The position numbers and the translations under genes were made by a program. Of a stretch of DNA of 64,000 nucleotides, positions 12,135 to 23,885 are shown piece by piece. The stretch comes from Lama guanicoe. Lineage: Eukaryota. Location: assembly GCA_013239625.1 (NCBI GenBank), contig MU053561.1, positions 3,240,283-3,304,282 of the forward strand. Reading direction: 5' to 3'. Within the stretch, counting starts at the first letter, position 1. Every line of letters starts with the position of its first letter. The notes beneath the pieces were generated by a model. The model saw only the letters and a list, made by a program, of their open reading frames with translations, made no database searches and was not told where the DNA came from.

Positions 12135-13070
12135 CCTGTAAAATGAATCTAAAATTCTCCCTGTCTGCCTACCTCCCAATCCCTGGTTCTTCCCCACAAA
12201 GCAATTAATTATAAACAGCTTCCAAGGCTTCCTTCCAGGAAAAAAAATTCATATATTTGAATATTTACACATGCATATTCTTTCTTATTTACACTCATGA
12301 TCATGTATAGTGCTTTTTGTCCCAAACTTTGATGTTTTTCAGTGTTTTCTTCATTTTCCACATTAGAAATCTTGAGTCAGAAGGTACAGGTGTATGACAC
12401 TGATTTTAACAGCTGCAGACTTCTCCAGTCATTTATTTAAAGCCTCCCTGTTGCTGGACATTCAGGTTGCCTCCAGTTTCTATTACAAACATCGCTGCAG
12501 TGAACATTTTGTTTTGTGTGTTCATTCAACAAGTATCTGGTGAGCATCTCTGCCTGCCAGGCACTGTGGTGAAACCTAGCATACAGAAGTGACATATATT
12601 ATTGTTCTTTGGGGAGGGTATCAATAGCGCCAGCAGGAGAATTGCCGGACTAAAGGGAATGCCCATTTCTAGTTTGGATAAATATTTCCAAAATGCCCGC
12701 TGAAATGGCTGCAGAGACCTACACTGCCTCCAAGAGCAAGTGCAGATGGTTAGTTCCCCCTCCTTGCCGACATGGGCTGTCACCACACTTTAAACATGGT
12801 GCCAATCTGATAGGCCAAAAATGCCCTCTCACTGCTGCTTAACTTCCATAAGAAGCAGTGAAATTGGGCATCTTTTCCTGCTTATTGATACTTTTTTTTC
12901 CCCGGTGAACAGAATGTTCCTGTCCATTGGGTGTTTACCCATTGAACTGTTGTCTTCCTACAAATTTGGGCTTGTTCCTTGTAAACTGTCACATGTGTTG
13001 CAAATAGCTTTTCTGGGCAATCTTTTGTCTTTTGACTTTGTATGTAGTATTCCTGCAATGCTTCATGGTG
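12135..13070 (-). mobile_element. Old L1 (L1ME-like) fragments, interrupted by a short L2 piece (~12525-12590)
   Basis: 'tccctgttgctggacattcaggttgcctccagtttc', 'gccaatctgataggccaaaaatg', 'tgttgcaaatagcttttc'. Confidence 0.7.
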
Positions 13071-13109
13071 GAGATAATGTTCAAGTTGAGTCCTGCGAGA
13101 TGAGTAAGA

Positions 13110-13320
13110 ACAATCAGCAACTCTAGCCTGGTGCTTCTTCTGCGCTGAGCACGCTTCTAAGGGCTTGATGTGTATTAACTCATTCATTTTTACAACAATC
13201 CTTGGAGGTGAAATTACTATTATCCCCACTTTAAGAGGAAGAAACAGAGGTATACAGCGGTTAAAGAATTTGTCCAGGGCCTCAGAGCTGCAGTGACCCA
13301 CAGACAGGATTCAAAGCCAT
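13110..13320 (-). mobile_element. MIR SINE relic
   Basis: 'tgtattaactcattcatttttacaacaatcctt...attatccccactttaagaggaagaaacagagg'. Confidence 0.85.
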
Positions 13321-14016
13321 GAAGAGCTGTTTGCCAGGGAGCCTAGGAGAGTCAGCAAAGGCACCGAGGAATGAACAACACACATCAGGGGACTTCCAAG
13401 ATGGGCATCAAGATAGGCTGCTTCAGACAGAGGGAAGGGAGACGAAGGTGGGGAGGGATGCGGGCCAACTGTACATGCCTTGGCAAGGGGTGGGTCAGTC
13501 TGGTCTCTCCACCCGGGGCATCGTGCCCTTGAACACAGTGTCCGTGTCTCAGCCCGATGTTATTAGCACTGTGCAGGACATGTCCAGGCAGCTGGAGAAA
13601 ATGGAAATGCCCGTCAGTGTGCCTGTGCAAGGCCTGTGTGATGCAAGGCATTTTACAGCCTTAGCTCGTGACTCAATAAGCCTTTGTGGGTTCACTGAGT
13701 TAACTCCTGGGAGTCCCAGCTAAGGGTGGCCAGACCTTCTCTGCACAGCCCGCGTGCCATCCTGTGCACATGGGCTCTCTGCTTTGTGATGATCGGCAGC
13801 AGGTGCTTCTCCAGTCCCACCATTGCACAGAGCATTTCCGGGATGTTTCTGTGCTCTCAGTGGACCCAGAGGGTAACAGAACCAAGTAAGTCTGTGCCCA
13901 GAGGTCATGTAAGCCATTCAAAGTTAGACATAAATAATTTTGGATTATCTGTCCCCTGTCATTAACATATTTGTGTCCTTCCTACATGCAGGTGATGTAA
14001 GCCCTGTGTGATGGAT

Positions 14017-14041
14017 GGAATATTCTAGAATATTCTAGAAT
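14017..14041. promoter_or_regulatory. Perfect five-unit heat-shock element (HSF motif)
   Basis: gGAAtaTTCtaGAAtaTTCtaGAAt = five alternating nGAAn units. The motif is certain; its function is untested. Confidence 0.55.
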
Positions 14042-14229
14042 TACCAAATGTGCATTCAGCTTCTTTCTCACAGTGCTTGGCCTCCAACCTAGCTGTGCTT
14101 GGCAATCTTCCCATAAGGCTTCTCATTGTTGAATCAGGAACTGTAGAAATACTGACTTCAGAAGCAGTATGTTGGGGAAGAAAGAGTCTTGGATAAGGAG
14201 ACCAATATTATAATTTTGCAATATCACTT

Positions 14230-14420
14230 GGTCCCAGGGACAGCAGAATCCTGCCACCCACTCCCCATCCTATGCCTGTGACAGACATTGCTAATCAATC
14301 ATACACTTTTGTCTAGAACCTAGATGTAGCCTTGGACTCCTCAAAATGGTGCCCCCAGGAAGCCTCCCCAGTTAATTGCATTTGGCTCTTGAAATGAAGT
14401 GTATCTGTCTTCACCAGCCT
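14230..14420. mobile_element. hAT-Charlie MITE relic (MER102-like)
   Basis: 'tgacagacattgctaatcaatcatacactttt...agcctccccagttaattgcatttggctcttgaaatgaa'. Confidence 0.5.
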
Positions 14421-14999
14421 ACTGGTTTAAGGCAGCAGTTCCAGAGTCAGACAAACCTGAGTTTAAATCCTGAGCAACACAGCCTCTCTAAGCCTCAATT
14501 TTCACCAGCAGAACACTCCTCAGAGAGCATGTGGGAAGTCAAATGGGGATGGTATGCCTTGAAAGCCCCATGAAAAACGCCAAGTCCAGTTACAGTGTCA
14601 AATCTAAAGAGTTACTTAGAATCTCTGGACTGCTCCCAGTTCCCTTTCATGAAAAATTAGAGGGAAAGACTAGGCCACTTCCAAAGTCCCTTCTAGCTCG
14701 TTCCATGGGACTGAGCTGTTTTCCTGCCACTCATTGATTCATTCAATGGCTTTTCCCCAAGTGCCACTTTGGGCCAGGCGGGCACTGTTCTAGGCCCTGG
14801 AATGAGGGCTCTGTTCTCTAGAGCTTCCATCCTAGCAGGGGGTAAACAGTAAACAAATTGTGTAATATCAGCAAGTAGAAGGGCATGGAGAAAAACAAAA
14901 GACAGAACAAAAAAACCAAAAACTGGCGAGGGAGTGCCCAGGGGCAGATTCCTGGGCTGCTGATTCTGAGGTGAGAAGTACTCTCAAGAAAGAGCCCAC

Positions 15000-15699
15000 A
15001 AGAATGTAATCTGGTGCAGCCACTATGGAGGACAGTATGGAGGTTCCTTAAAAAATTAAAAATAGAGTTACTGTGTGATCCAGCAATCCCACTCCTGGGC
15101 ATATATCTGGAGAAAACTAATTTGAAAAGACACATGGACCCCAATGTTCATAGCAGCACTATTTACAACAGCCAAGACATGGAAGCAACCTAAATGTCCA
15201 TCAACAGATGATTAGATAAAGAACACACACACACACAGACACACACAGTGGAATACTACTCAGCCATAAAAATGATGCCATTCAACGATGGACCTAGAGA
15301 TGATCATACTAAGTGAAGTAAGTCAGACATAGAAAGACAAATATCATATGATATCACTTATATGTGGAATCTAAGAAAATGATACAAATTTTGTTTACAA
15401 ACCAGAAATAGACTGAAGGACATAGAAAACAAACTCTAGTTACCAAAGAGGAAGTGGGGGGAGGGATAAATTAGGAGTTTGGGATTTGCAAATACACATT
15501 ACTACGTATAAAATAGATAAACAACAAGGACCTACTGTAAAGCACAGGGAACTATATTTAATTTTTTATAATAAGCTGTAATGGAAAAGAATCTGAAAAT
15601 ATACATGTAGGTGTATATATAATTGAATTGCTTTGCTGTACACCTGAAACTAACATTGTAAATCTACTGTACTTCAATAAAAAATAGAATTAAAAAAAG
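15000..15699 (+). mobile_element. Young L1 3' fragment (cetartiodactyl/camelid type)
   Basis: 'tggtgcagccactatggaggacagtatggaggttcc', 'gatccagcaatcccactcctgggcatatatctggag', 3' UTR ending 'tgtacttcaataaaaaa'; internal (CA)n at 15223-15246. Confidence 0.95.
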
Positions 15700-16457
15700 A
15701 GAGACAGAGGCTGGGGGTCAGTACTTTGCCCTCTCAAAGCACATGGGAATTACAAGAAGATGCTGTGACTGCCAGCCCTCCTCCCACACCATCAGGGGGC
15801 TGCGGTCTCTCTTTTTCTGAGACAGACTTGGGTGGACCTGATCATGCAGAATTGGACCACAGACATATGTCCAGCCTTCTCTCCCCTTCTAGACTCTTCT
15901 TTGGGGGTGGGGTGGGGTGGTCTATCTGCATCCCCCAACCCTGTGCAGCTGAGGACTTCTGCTTGGTCACTGCTGCTCAGCATGTGAACAGAGGATGGCC
16001 CCTGGGCTGGGGAGGGGCAGAGGCTCTCTGTCCTCATTCCCATGTCCCTCCTCTCAGCCGGCCAGCATCCCGCTGAGCCCTGGGCACCCAGGGGCTGTCT
16101 TCTTCAGACACTAACCTCTGTGTCAGCAAGACGGGTTTCTCGCCCCTCACAACCCAGCCATAACCAGGATCTCAGTGTGCTCTTCTAAGCTACCGAAGGC
16201 TCAGCTGGCAAGAAAGGAGAGCCCATGGGGAGCTGGGTAGAGCACAGGAGGGCCCCGCTGCAGAGAGCTGGCCACACTGTGCTGCACGCGTCAAGGGTGC
16301 CACCGTTTATAACACATTGTAGATAAATGGTTTCCCTGGAGTTGGTTTCGTGGTGGCCCTGGGGTGCCTTGAAATGTGGAAGAGTAAGAAGATGGGGGAG
16401 GGGAGGAAATGTCTTCCTCTGATAATAAAATTACCCAGATTTCTATGGCTGAAGAAA

Positions 16458-16497
16458 GTGTGCGCGTGTGTGCGCGTGTGTGCGTGCGCGTGTGTGC
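16458..16497. repeat. Alternating purine-pyrimidine (GT/GC) repeat
   Basis: gtgtgcgcgtgtgtgcgcgtgtgtgcgtgcgcgtgtgtgc, 40 bp. Confidence 0.95.
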
Positions 16498-16999
16498 TGA
16501 GTAGGGAGTTTGGGGTGAGGAAATACTCAGACCCTAAATCCATTTATACGAGAAATCTTTGCAGGAAAGAACCCCCTCAGTCCTAATATCAAGGCTCACA
16601 GAAAGGAAGAGAGGATGAGAGCTGTGGTCCCAGGTAGGAGTCTCCAGGAAGTGAGGCCCTCGCCTCAGGACACTGCTGACCACTGGCTGACAAGGGAGAC
16701 GGCAGAGCCTTCCCTGGCAGGCAGCTGTCATGAGCCTTCAGAGGGCCCGCTGCAGGTGCCTGCCAGGAGGGACTTCAGAACCGGACAGGAGGGACGACAA
16801 GAGGGCCTTAAACATGGCTCCAGGATGAAAACCCACAGGTAACCACCAAAGTGAGGGAGAAAAAGGTCCTCATCTGAACGGGCAAGGATGCTGAGAGGCC
16901 CAGAGAAGAACAAGATACAAATGTGGAAGTGGATTTGACTGAGGAACCAAGAAGGGAGGGAAACTAGCATTCCTGGGTTCATGATAGGGCTCTGCACTT

Positions 17000-17200
17000 T
17001 ATATTTACTGAGCATTTATCACATGCCAGGAGCTATTCTAAGCTAATTTGTTTGTTATCTCACTTAATTTCCACATCAGCTCAGTGAGGTTAATATCCCC
17101 ATTTTACAGATTAGAAAATGAAGGCTCAGGTGGGTAAAGCAGCTTGGCCAGGGCCTCTCAGCTGATAAGTAATGAGCTAGCACTCAAGAAATATTAGATA
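17000..17200 (-). mobile_element. MIR SINE relic
   Basis: 'atatccccattttacagattagaaaatgaaggctcagg'. Confidence 0.85.
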
Positions 17201-17229
17201 ATTGAATGGATACATGAATGCAAAACTAA

Positions 17230-18000
17230 TCTCTTTTCCTCTTGAAATATTGTCACAGAGTACTGGATCCTTGGACATGGTTTACCAGTAGTCCATCACA
17301 GTATTTGACAAAATCTCTTGAAAATTCAGGCAGAAAAGGCAGAAAACTGAAGGGTGTGTGATGGTTGGTTGGTGGGATTTGTTAACAGATCAGTAAGCCC
17401 GTAAAAAAGCCTCCAGTGGCATTTTATATTCATGCCTCTGTTTTGTCAAATGTCTTTAATTTCAGACTTGGATAAATGCAGGCTCGTTGAATTTGAAGAG
17501 GACGCAAGCTGGGAGAGAGAATCGAGGTGTAGAATGACAGAATGAGATTCCCCAGTGATGGCTGGGACAATAAATAGACAGGGGGAACTTTAACAAGGAC
17601 AAAGGGAAAGCCCTGCCCCTGTGACTGCAAAGCAGCCGCTAGGCAGACTCCGTGGAGGCTTAGATGAGGAAGATCTGAGGACGGAAGAGGACTCCAAGTT
17701 CAGTCTGAGTTTTGTCAGTGGAACGTGGCCCCTTGAGACCCGCGTGCAGTCTGAGGTTCAGCTGACAGGTATAGTAGCCAGACAAGGGGGTCCCACGGTA
17801 TTTCCCACTAATCAGACCCCATCTGGAGCCAGTTGGTTTTAAGCCTATATTAAGACGGACACTGAGCACGCCCAGAGAAGGGCATTTAGTGAAATCTCTG
17901 CAATCGACTTGACATTCAGGATGTAAAGAGGTGCTAGGGATGTTTCCTGAGAGGACTGAAGTCTTAGGGGGTAACTGTCTACAGTTACCTGAAGCGCTTA
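17230..18000 (+). mobile_element. CR1/L3 LINE relic (RT-to-3' region)
   Basis: CR1 landmarks in order: 'gtatttgacaaaatctct', 'gaggacgcaagctgggag', 'tttaacaaggacaaagggaaagccctgc', 'cagaccccatctggag', 'cccagagaagggc', 'gctagggatgttt'. Confidence 0.75.
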
Positions 18001-18094
18001 GCCAAGGAGCACCAAAAAGCCAAAGTACGATCAGTGAGCAAAAATCCTGGGGTGGAAGCCTTCAGAGTGTAGATGTTTACCACGAAGATTTTGT

Positions 18095-18275
18095 CCTTGA
18101 AATACCTGGGTTACCTAATGTCTTTGTTTTAATTTCCTCCTCTGTAAAGTGGAGCTAACAATAGTAAATCTTTCTGCTGGAATATTATGAAAAGAAATTG
18201 AAGTACGCATGTAAATTGAACAGCCTGGTGACTGACACACAGAAACCACCCAATGTGTTAGTATTTATTTTACTT
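18095..18275 (+). mobile_element. MIR SINE relic
   Basis: 'aatttcctcctctgtaaagtggagctaacaatagta'. Confidence 0.7.
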
Positions 18276-18469
18276 TATAATGACTTACACTTAGAGCTAA
18301 GAGTGAAACAGATTGCTAGCAGAGGCAGTGACTGAGCTTCCGCTCACAATTTCTAAGTGTCTACAGAGGTGGTGTGGAAGGGATTCCATCACTGGGCTGG
18401 GGATGGGCGCGGATGCGTTCCTGTGTCTCTCTTCCACTTTTATTTTAAGGAAACCCCTCACCTCACCCT

Positions 18470-18893
18470 CGATCTCAGTTCATAGGATTTGGGTGAGTCT
18501 TGATTGCACGTTGAGACCCAGAGGTTGGCAGCAGACCCAGCCCTGGCCAGTGTATCCCCTTCCCCGGTTGGGATGATTGGTTCGGGACCTGCCTGTGACC
18601 CATGTCAGTCCAACAATAGTGTCAGAGTGATGCTGAAGCTACTATGACAAAGAGGGTTTCTTTCTCCCGCGGTTGCTAATCTTAATCTCTCAGTGCCACT
18701 ATTGAGAAAGAAGTCAAGAGAGAGAAAAGTGAATTTGAGAGATGGAGAGAAACAAATGCCTCATGACACTCCTTGAACATCTAGATCCGGCTCTTCCTGA
18801 AATACTCCTGGACATTTCAGTCACCCGAGTCAACACATTCTTCCTTTCCTTTAAGTCAGTGTGAGTTGGTAGCTGTCTCTTGTGACCCAGAGA
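18470..18893 (+). mobile_element. MaLR LTR relic (MLT1J/K-like)
   Basis: 'gatgattggttcgggacctgcctgtgaccca', 'ctagatccggctcttcctgaa', 'cctttaagtcagtgtgagttggtagctgtctcttgtgacc'. Confidence 0.7.
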
Positions 18894-19479
18894 TGAATGG
18901 CCAAGCCTCCATCCTATTCTCTTTGGGAAGAGAGTTATCTACAGGAAGCTAGGGAAAAAATTATAAATTCCTTTGGGCATTTCCAGTCAAAACAATATGA
19001 CTTACATGGGAGACCCCGAGTGAGAACCACCCATCTGAGAGCCCAGTCAACCCCCAGAACCATAAGACAGACTAATACTTAGAGGGGCTGCAGTAGGTTC
19101 CTGAAACACACACTGAACAACGGCGCCTCGAAGCCTCCAGCCCAGGGTGAGGCACTTTGTTTCCGGGCTCCTGGGAGGCACTAGCGGAGACACGGTGACT
19201 CTACATATGCAGCCTTTATAACCCCTGTGTCCACCTTCTTCCTGGTCAGTGCTTAGGGTGACAGCCCTTCTCAAATTCCAAAGAGTTTCTTTCATTCTTC
19301 TCCCTCATCCAATTCACCTCCCTCTTATTCATCCAACCTGTGTGCACACACACTCAGTGCTGTGCGTAGTAATGAGGGGATCCTGTTCCAATGTCAGGAC
19401 ACCCCCTTTCACCTTACTTCAGGGGGGGCATTCAATCAGGGAGGCTCTTCTGTTCCTGGAGTAGCTGTTACTTGTAATG

Positions 19480-20220
19480 AAGTTACTGATTAGGTAATAT
19501 CTGTAAAATTAAAATGTATGTTTTTCATGGACTGAGCAATCCTGCAATAAGCATTTATTCTGCGGACACTCATGAAAGTTTGCTAAGATGTCTGCACAAG
19601 GATATGAATTAGAGCACTTTTGTAATGGGCGGGGGTCGGGGGGAGGAACAAATTGTCCCTCCATAGGGACTGGTTGAGTAAATTATGGTACATCCAAATG
19701 ATGGGATCAATGAAGTCAGACTGAAAAAAAGGGGAGAAATCTGTGTTGATCTGGAAAGAGCACTGGGATATCTTATGAAGTGGAAACAACACCCTTAGCA
19801 CATTGCATAACTCTGCTGGGCACCGTCCACACTGTGTGCTCAGGGCTCCACAAAGCACAGCGGGCTTCGTATCCCACAGAGTTGTGTGTCCTCGGGCCAT
19901 TTTGGTGTTAATAACATTTAAGCCCAAATGGATACGTAGGTATAAACATAATCTTTTTTCACCTGGGAAAGAAACAAAGGAAACTCTTCAAAGTGGTGCC
20001 CTTGGGAGAGCACCCAAAAAGTGGTGCCCTTGGGAGAGAAAGGGGGTGGGAGCTTTCACTTTTCATTTTGAACCCTTTGGTACGTATATATTATCTAATC
20101 AAGTACTTGTCTTCATTCACATCTACGGATATTATCTGATGGTAGCTGGGAGGAGATTCTGGGCCAAATTTGTTTTATTGTTTTATCCTTCTCTATTTAT
20201 TTTTTAAACTCTAATGTGTG
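19480..20220 (+). mobile_element. Old L1 (L1ME-like) 3' fragments
   Basis: 'gactgagcaatcctgcaataagcatttattc', 'gggactggttgagtaaattatggtacatcc', 'gatctggaaagagcactgggatatc'. Confidence 0.65.
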
Positions 20221-21589
20221 GTGCTTTTTTTTTTTTTAAGCCACTAACCTTTACCATACACCAAGCATAATTTTTGAAGATTATTCAAGTCATCCATTTT
20301 CCTCATGCAAAGTATCCATTTCTTTGTTGCAACGTTACCTCCTGTGAGATGCTTGTTTCTGCTTGTGAAAGAAGCCTTGAAATCCTTAGGCGAGCACATG
20401 CTTTCATCCGCTGTGCAGTTGGTGGAGGGTGGGACTGGGGTGGCAGGTGGGTGATGGCTCCTGCAGATAGCCGCCGTCCCCTGCCCTCCCCCAGCCTTGG
20501 TCAGCCCCTGCCAGGTGGCCTGAGCCATCAGCCTCCAGGCTCCTCAGTGCCTCTTCCTGCATGCCAGCTCCCAGGGTTTGTTTAGAAGAGGGAGATGAGT
20601 CAGCAGATCTGCCCGAGGCGAGGCTGGCCCCAGGCCAGCACGATGCCCTGCCTGGCTTCAGCCGCCCAACACCAGCAATAACTAGCAAGATGGAGTCCCG
20701 GCCGCCGCTCGGGTTTGGGAAATGAGCTCATCTCCTTTGGCTGCCCTGGGGAGACAGATGCCCCGCCAAGGGGAGCTAGTCTGGAGGAGGGGCTGCCTCC
20801 TCACCAGCACCATGGGGAGTTGGGGTGGGGCCACAGGGTGAAGTCTGAGCACCCCCGACTCTCCCATCTGATACCATCTTCAAGGCAAGGGCAGCTCCTG
20901 ATATGGCCCCTGTGCAACGTGGTGGGCAGGGACTGCTTCCTGCATATGTCTCAGCTATGCCTTCTGTTCCATTTCCTCTGCCTCTTCTTGGCTAGAGTCC
21001 ACAACTTTCAAAAGCCAAGTGACTGGAGGAATTAAACAATAATTCAGGTAAATCAGTGAAGTGGGAGACTTCCTCGCTGCCAGCCCTGCATCACTGTCTC
21101 TTTGTAGCATCTTTTCCCGATGGTCAGTCAGGCTGAAGGACTTCACCTCTCAAACCCTGTACACCTACTCAAGCCCCAATCACCTCTTCTAGCGAACTTC
21201 CTCTGCACCCAGGCTCTTCCATGAATCTTCCAATGAACTGGCTGGAATGGTCACTCTTCATTCCAGCGGTCCTCTAAGCACTGTTTGGCTTTGTGCCCCT
21301 GCTGACAGAAGACAGTGCTCTCTTATCCCAGTTTTCATGGTTTGACCTTCGGAGTAGCTAGAGGGTCCCCAGGACACTTTGTTACTTTCCATGGTTTCAC
21401 TAGCCTGGAATTTGAACTACTCCTTTTCAGAAGCAGAGATGTGTTCTTCTCGTCCTTCAAGGAGAAAGACCCCAAGACTTCAGATACTGGGTGTCCCCTC
21501 GGTATGAACAGCAAAGGTCAACAGCAGCTTCTGCCCGGGACTCTCCACTTCAGAAGGTATGAGTCCCCCTTGTCAAGAGAGCACAAATG

Positions 21590-21810
21590 CTGGTACCATC
21601 GGGTGTTCATGAGGGAGACAATGCTGTTGACTGCTGTCTGTCAGGAACGATGCTAAATACCAAAAGAATTTTGATCTTATATAATCTTCCCAACAATGCT
21701 GAGTGGAAGCGTATTTGCCCTTCATAGTGGAGGGAACTGAAGTTCAGAAAGATCTGGTGATTTCCTCGGGTCACACTGCTTAAATAGAGCCCCCGTTGGT
21801 CTCCTGCTAA
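21590..21810 (-). mobile_element. MIR SINE relic
   Basis: 'ggagggaactgaagttcagaaagatctggtgatttcctcgggtcacactgct'. Confidence 0.75.
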
Positions 21811-23124
21811 CCCCGACTGCCTCTTTCTGGGTAAATGAGGTAACACCACAGACTAAAGAAGTAAACAACTCCTTAATTAGCAGACTGAATGTTCAGATAG
21901 ACCCAACTTGCCGCCCCCATGGATGCAAAGCGAGCAAGACCCAGCTTCCCGGTTCACTCACAATGCGGGCCTTGTGCCAACACGGCAACGAGACGGCGAG
22001 TCTCTACCTGCAGCAAATACCGTCCCTGCCCTGCCCTTGATTCCCATGAAAGTTTACTAAGTTGGATAGAAAGAGAAACCAAAGAAAGCTGCAAAGCCCC
22101 TTTCCAAGGCTCCAAAATTCAGAGCCTTTAAGCCAAAGGCCCGGCTCACTTGGCTCTCAGTGTTGGCAGATGTAACTGGGAGACGACCCCTGTCCTTTGG
22201 GGCCACGTGGGCCCTGGTCCCAGAGCCTCTCTCCACTCTTGATAATATGGCTAAAGGCCTGCACAGGGGCCGCCGATCCCTGAAACGCCTTCCTGTGGGC
22301 AGTGACAGCAGCAGCTTTTAGAAAAGCACCTTGCAGGCCGGGGCTTGGGCCCCATGGTTTTCCATGACGAGGCTAGAATGGAGTCTCCCGGGCCCCAGCT
22401 CTGGCCAAACCGTTATCGAAGTCAATTTCCAAATAGAGTCAGCTCTCAATTATTCATAGACTAATGGTTCCACCTCTCATTCCTCGTCACTCTTTCTCTT
22501 CCTGCTCTCTGCCAGCTGCCTTTCGGCTCTCCTCGTTCCTGCACCCACCAGAGCGGGAACAGGCTGAGGACTGGAGGTCAGTCCGTGTTAGGCCTGTTAG
22601 CGATCACAGCGGAGGGTTTCTTTAAGGAGCAGGCTGGGTGGAATGTGGATTTCGAGCATTCTTGCTACTTTTGTTCCCATTTAGGGACAATATAGGACAG
22701 CCTTGATTTCTTTGAGCCCCTGTGCTAAGTCTTGCCAGGAGAAGAAATAGAAGAACTGAAATCCACACATCCAGAGCCAGGTCCCAGGCTGCAGCCGGGA
22801 AGGCCTGCCCCGTGCTGACCTGTCTTGCAGGCCTTGGGTACATGTGTGTACGCACCCAGAATTTTCAAAGGACTGTCTCTCATGGTGGATGGGAGAAAAA
22901 TGGGTTTTGAGATAAATGAAACACTCAGGGTTTTCCCTTCTTGAGTGGCTCGATTTTTATATTTCCACATCAAATCCATTAGCAAATAAAATATGAAAAC
23001 AAATTGTAAAAATTCTCATTTACGTACTATAGCCGTCACCACCTCTTTCCTAGCAAACAAGACTTCCAAGGCTGAGGGTGGGTTATATTCCCCCAGAACG
23101 ACACCATAACTTCTCCTTATGTTA

Positions 23125-23380
23125 TTATTAATAATAAATCCTCACTTATATTGACGCATAAGTGCCTGCTGCTATGTTACTTGAAACATACAGAAATATC
23201 TTATTTAGTCTTTCCAACTCCATGAGGTGGGAACTACTATTATTCCTGTTCGCAGCAAATGAGACTTAGGGAGGTCAAGTCACCTACTCCAGCTTGCTCA
23301 GCAATGAAGGGGCCAAACAGACCATCTCACTCAGTCCCCGGACCCCACAGCCTTTGACCCACCAAGCGTGCCACCTTTTC
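23125..23380 (-). mobile_element. MIR SINE relic
   Basis: 'ccaactccatgaggtgggaactactattattcc...gaggtcaagtcacctactcc'. Confidence 0.75.
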
Positions 23381-23569
23381 TACACTGTGGTCCACGGTAC
23401 AGGATTTAGCCTCCTTTCTTGACCAAGATCACAACCACCACCACAACCTAAACCCCAGTTGTAACTGGGGGTCCCCAGCCCCTTTCCTGTCCTCTCCATG
23501 TGGCTTCCTGACCCCCAAGTGTCTAGCCTGGGGGCGCCTCTGCTCTGCTAGACCCTCCATCCCATTGCC

Positions 23570-23885
23570 CAGTGCATGTTATGTGGTTCTTATATTTGTT
23601 CTTTCAAAATTGCTAATCTCACACTGTCATTTAGCTTTTCCTGTGCGTATGTCATCTCCCTAGAGTAGGAGTCTCACAGGAAGGGATGGGGTCACGGGTC
23701 ATGCATATTGTAATTTGTCACTGTTCCTGGCATGATACTGAGCACAGAGTAAGCCCATAACACTCATTTTCTGATTACTTAATCGACTGACTCAAAGGTA
23801 GGAACTTCTAGTGTATCTCTCATGGTATTTAACACAGCACAAGGCATATAGCAGATACTCAATACAATTTTTGTTGACTGTTTGA
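23570..23885 (+). mobile_element. L2 3' end relics (two tails)
   Basis: 'ctgagcacagagtaagccc' and 'acacagcacaaggcatatagcagatactcaatacaatttttgttgactg'. Confidence 0.6.

Noticed and set aside
11959..12208. Lys/Glu/Arg/Gly-rich and Phe/Ser/Pro-rich ORFs
   Set aside because: They are translations of the polypurine microsatellite.
17970..17989. Palindrome ggtaactgt-ct-acagttacc
   Set aside because: The arms are only 9 bp and lie inside an L3 relic whose consensus-like sequence explains most of the bases.
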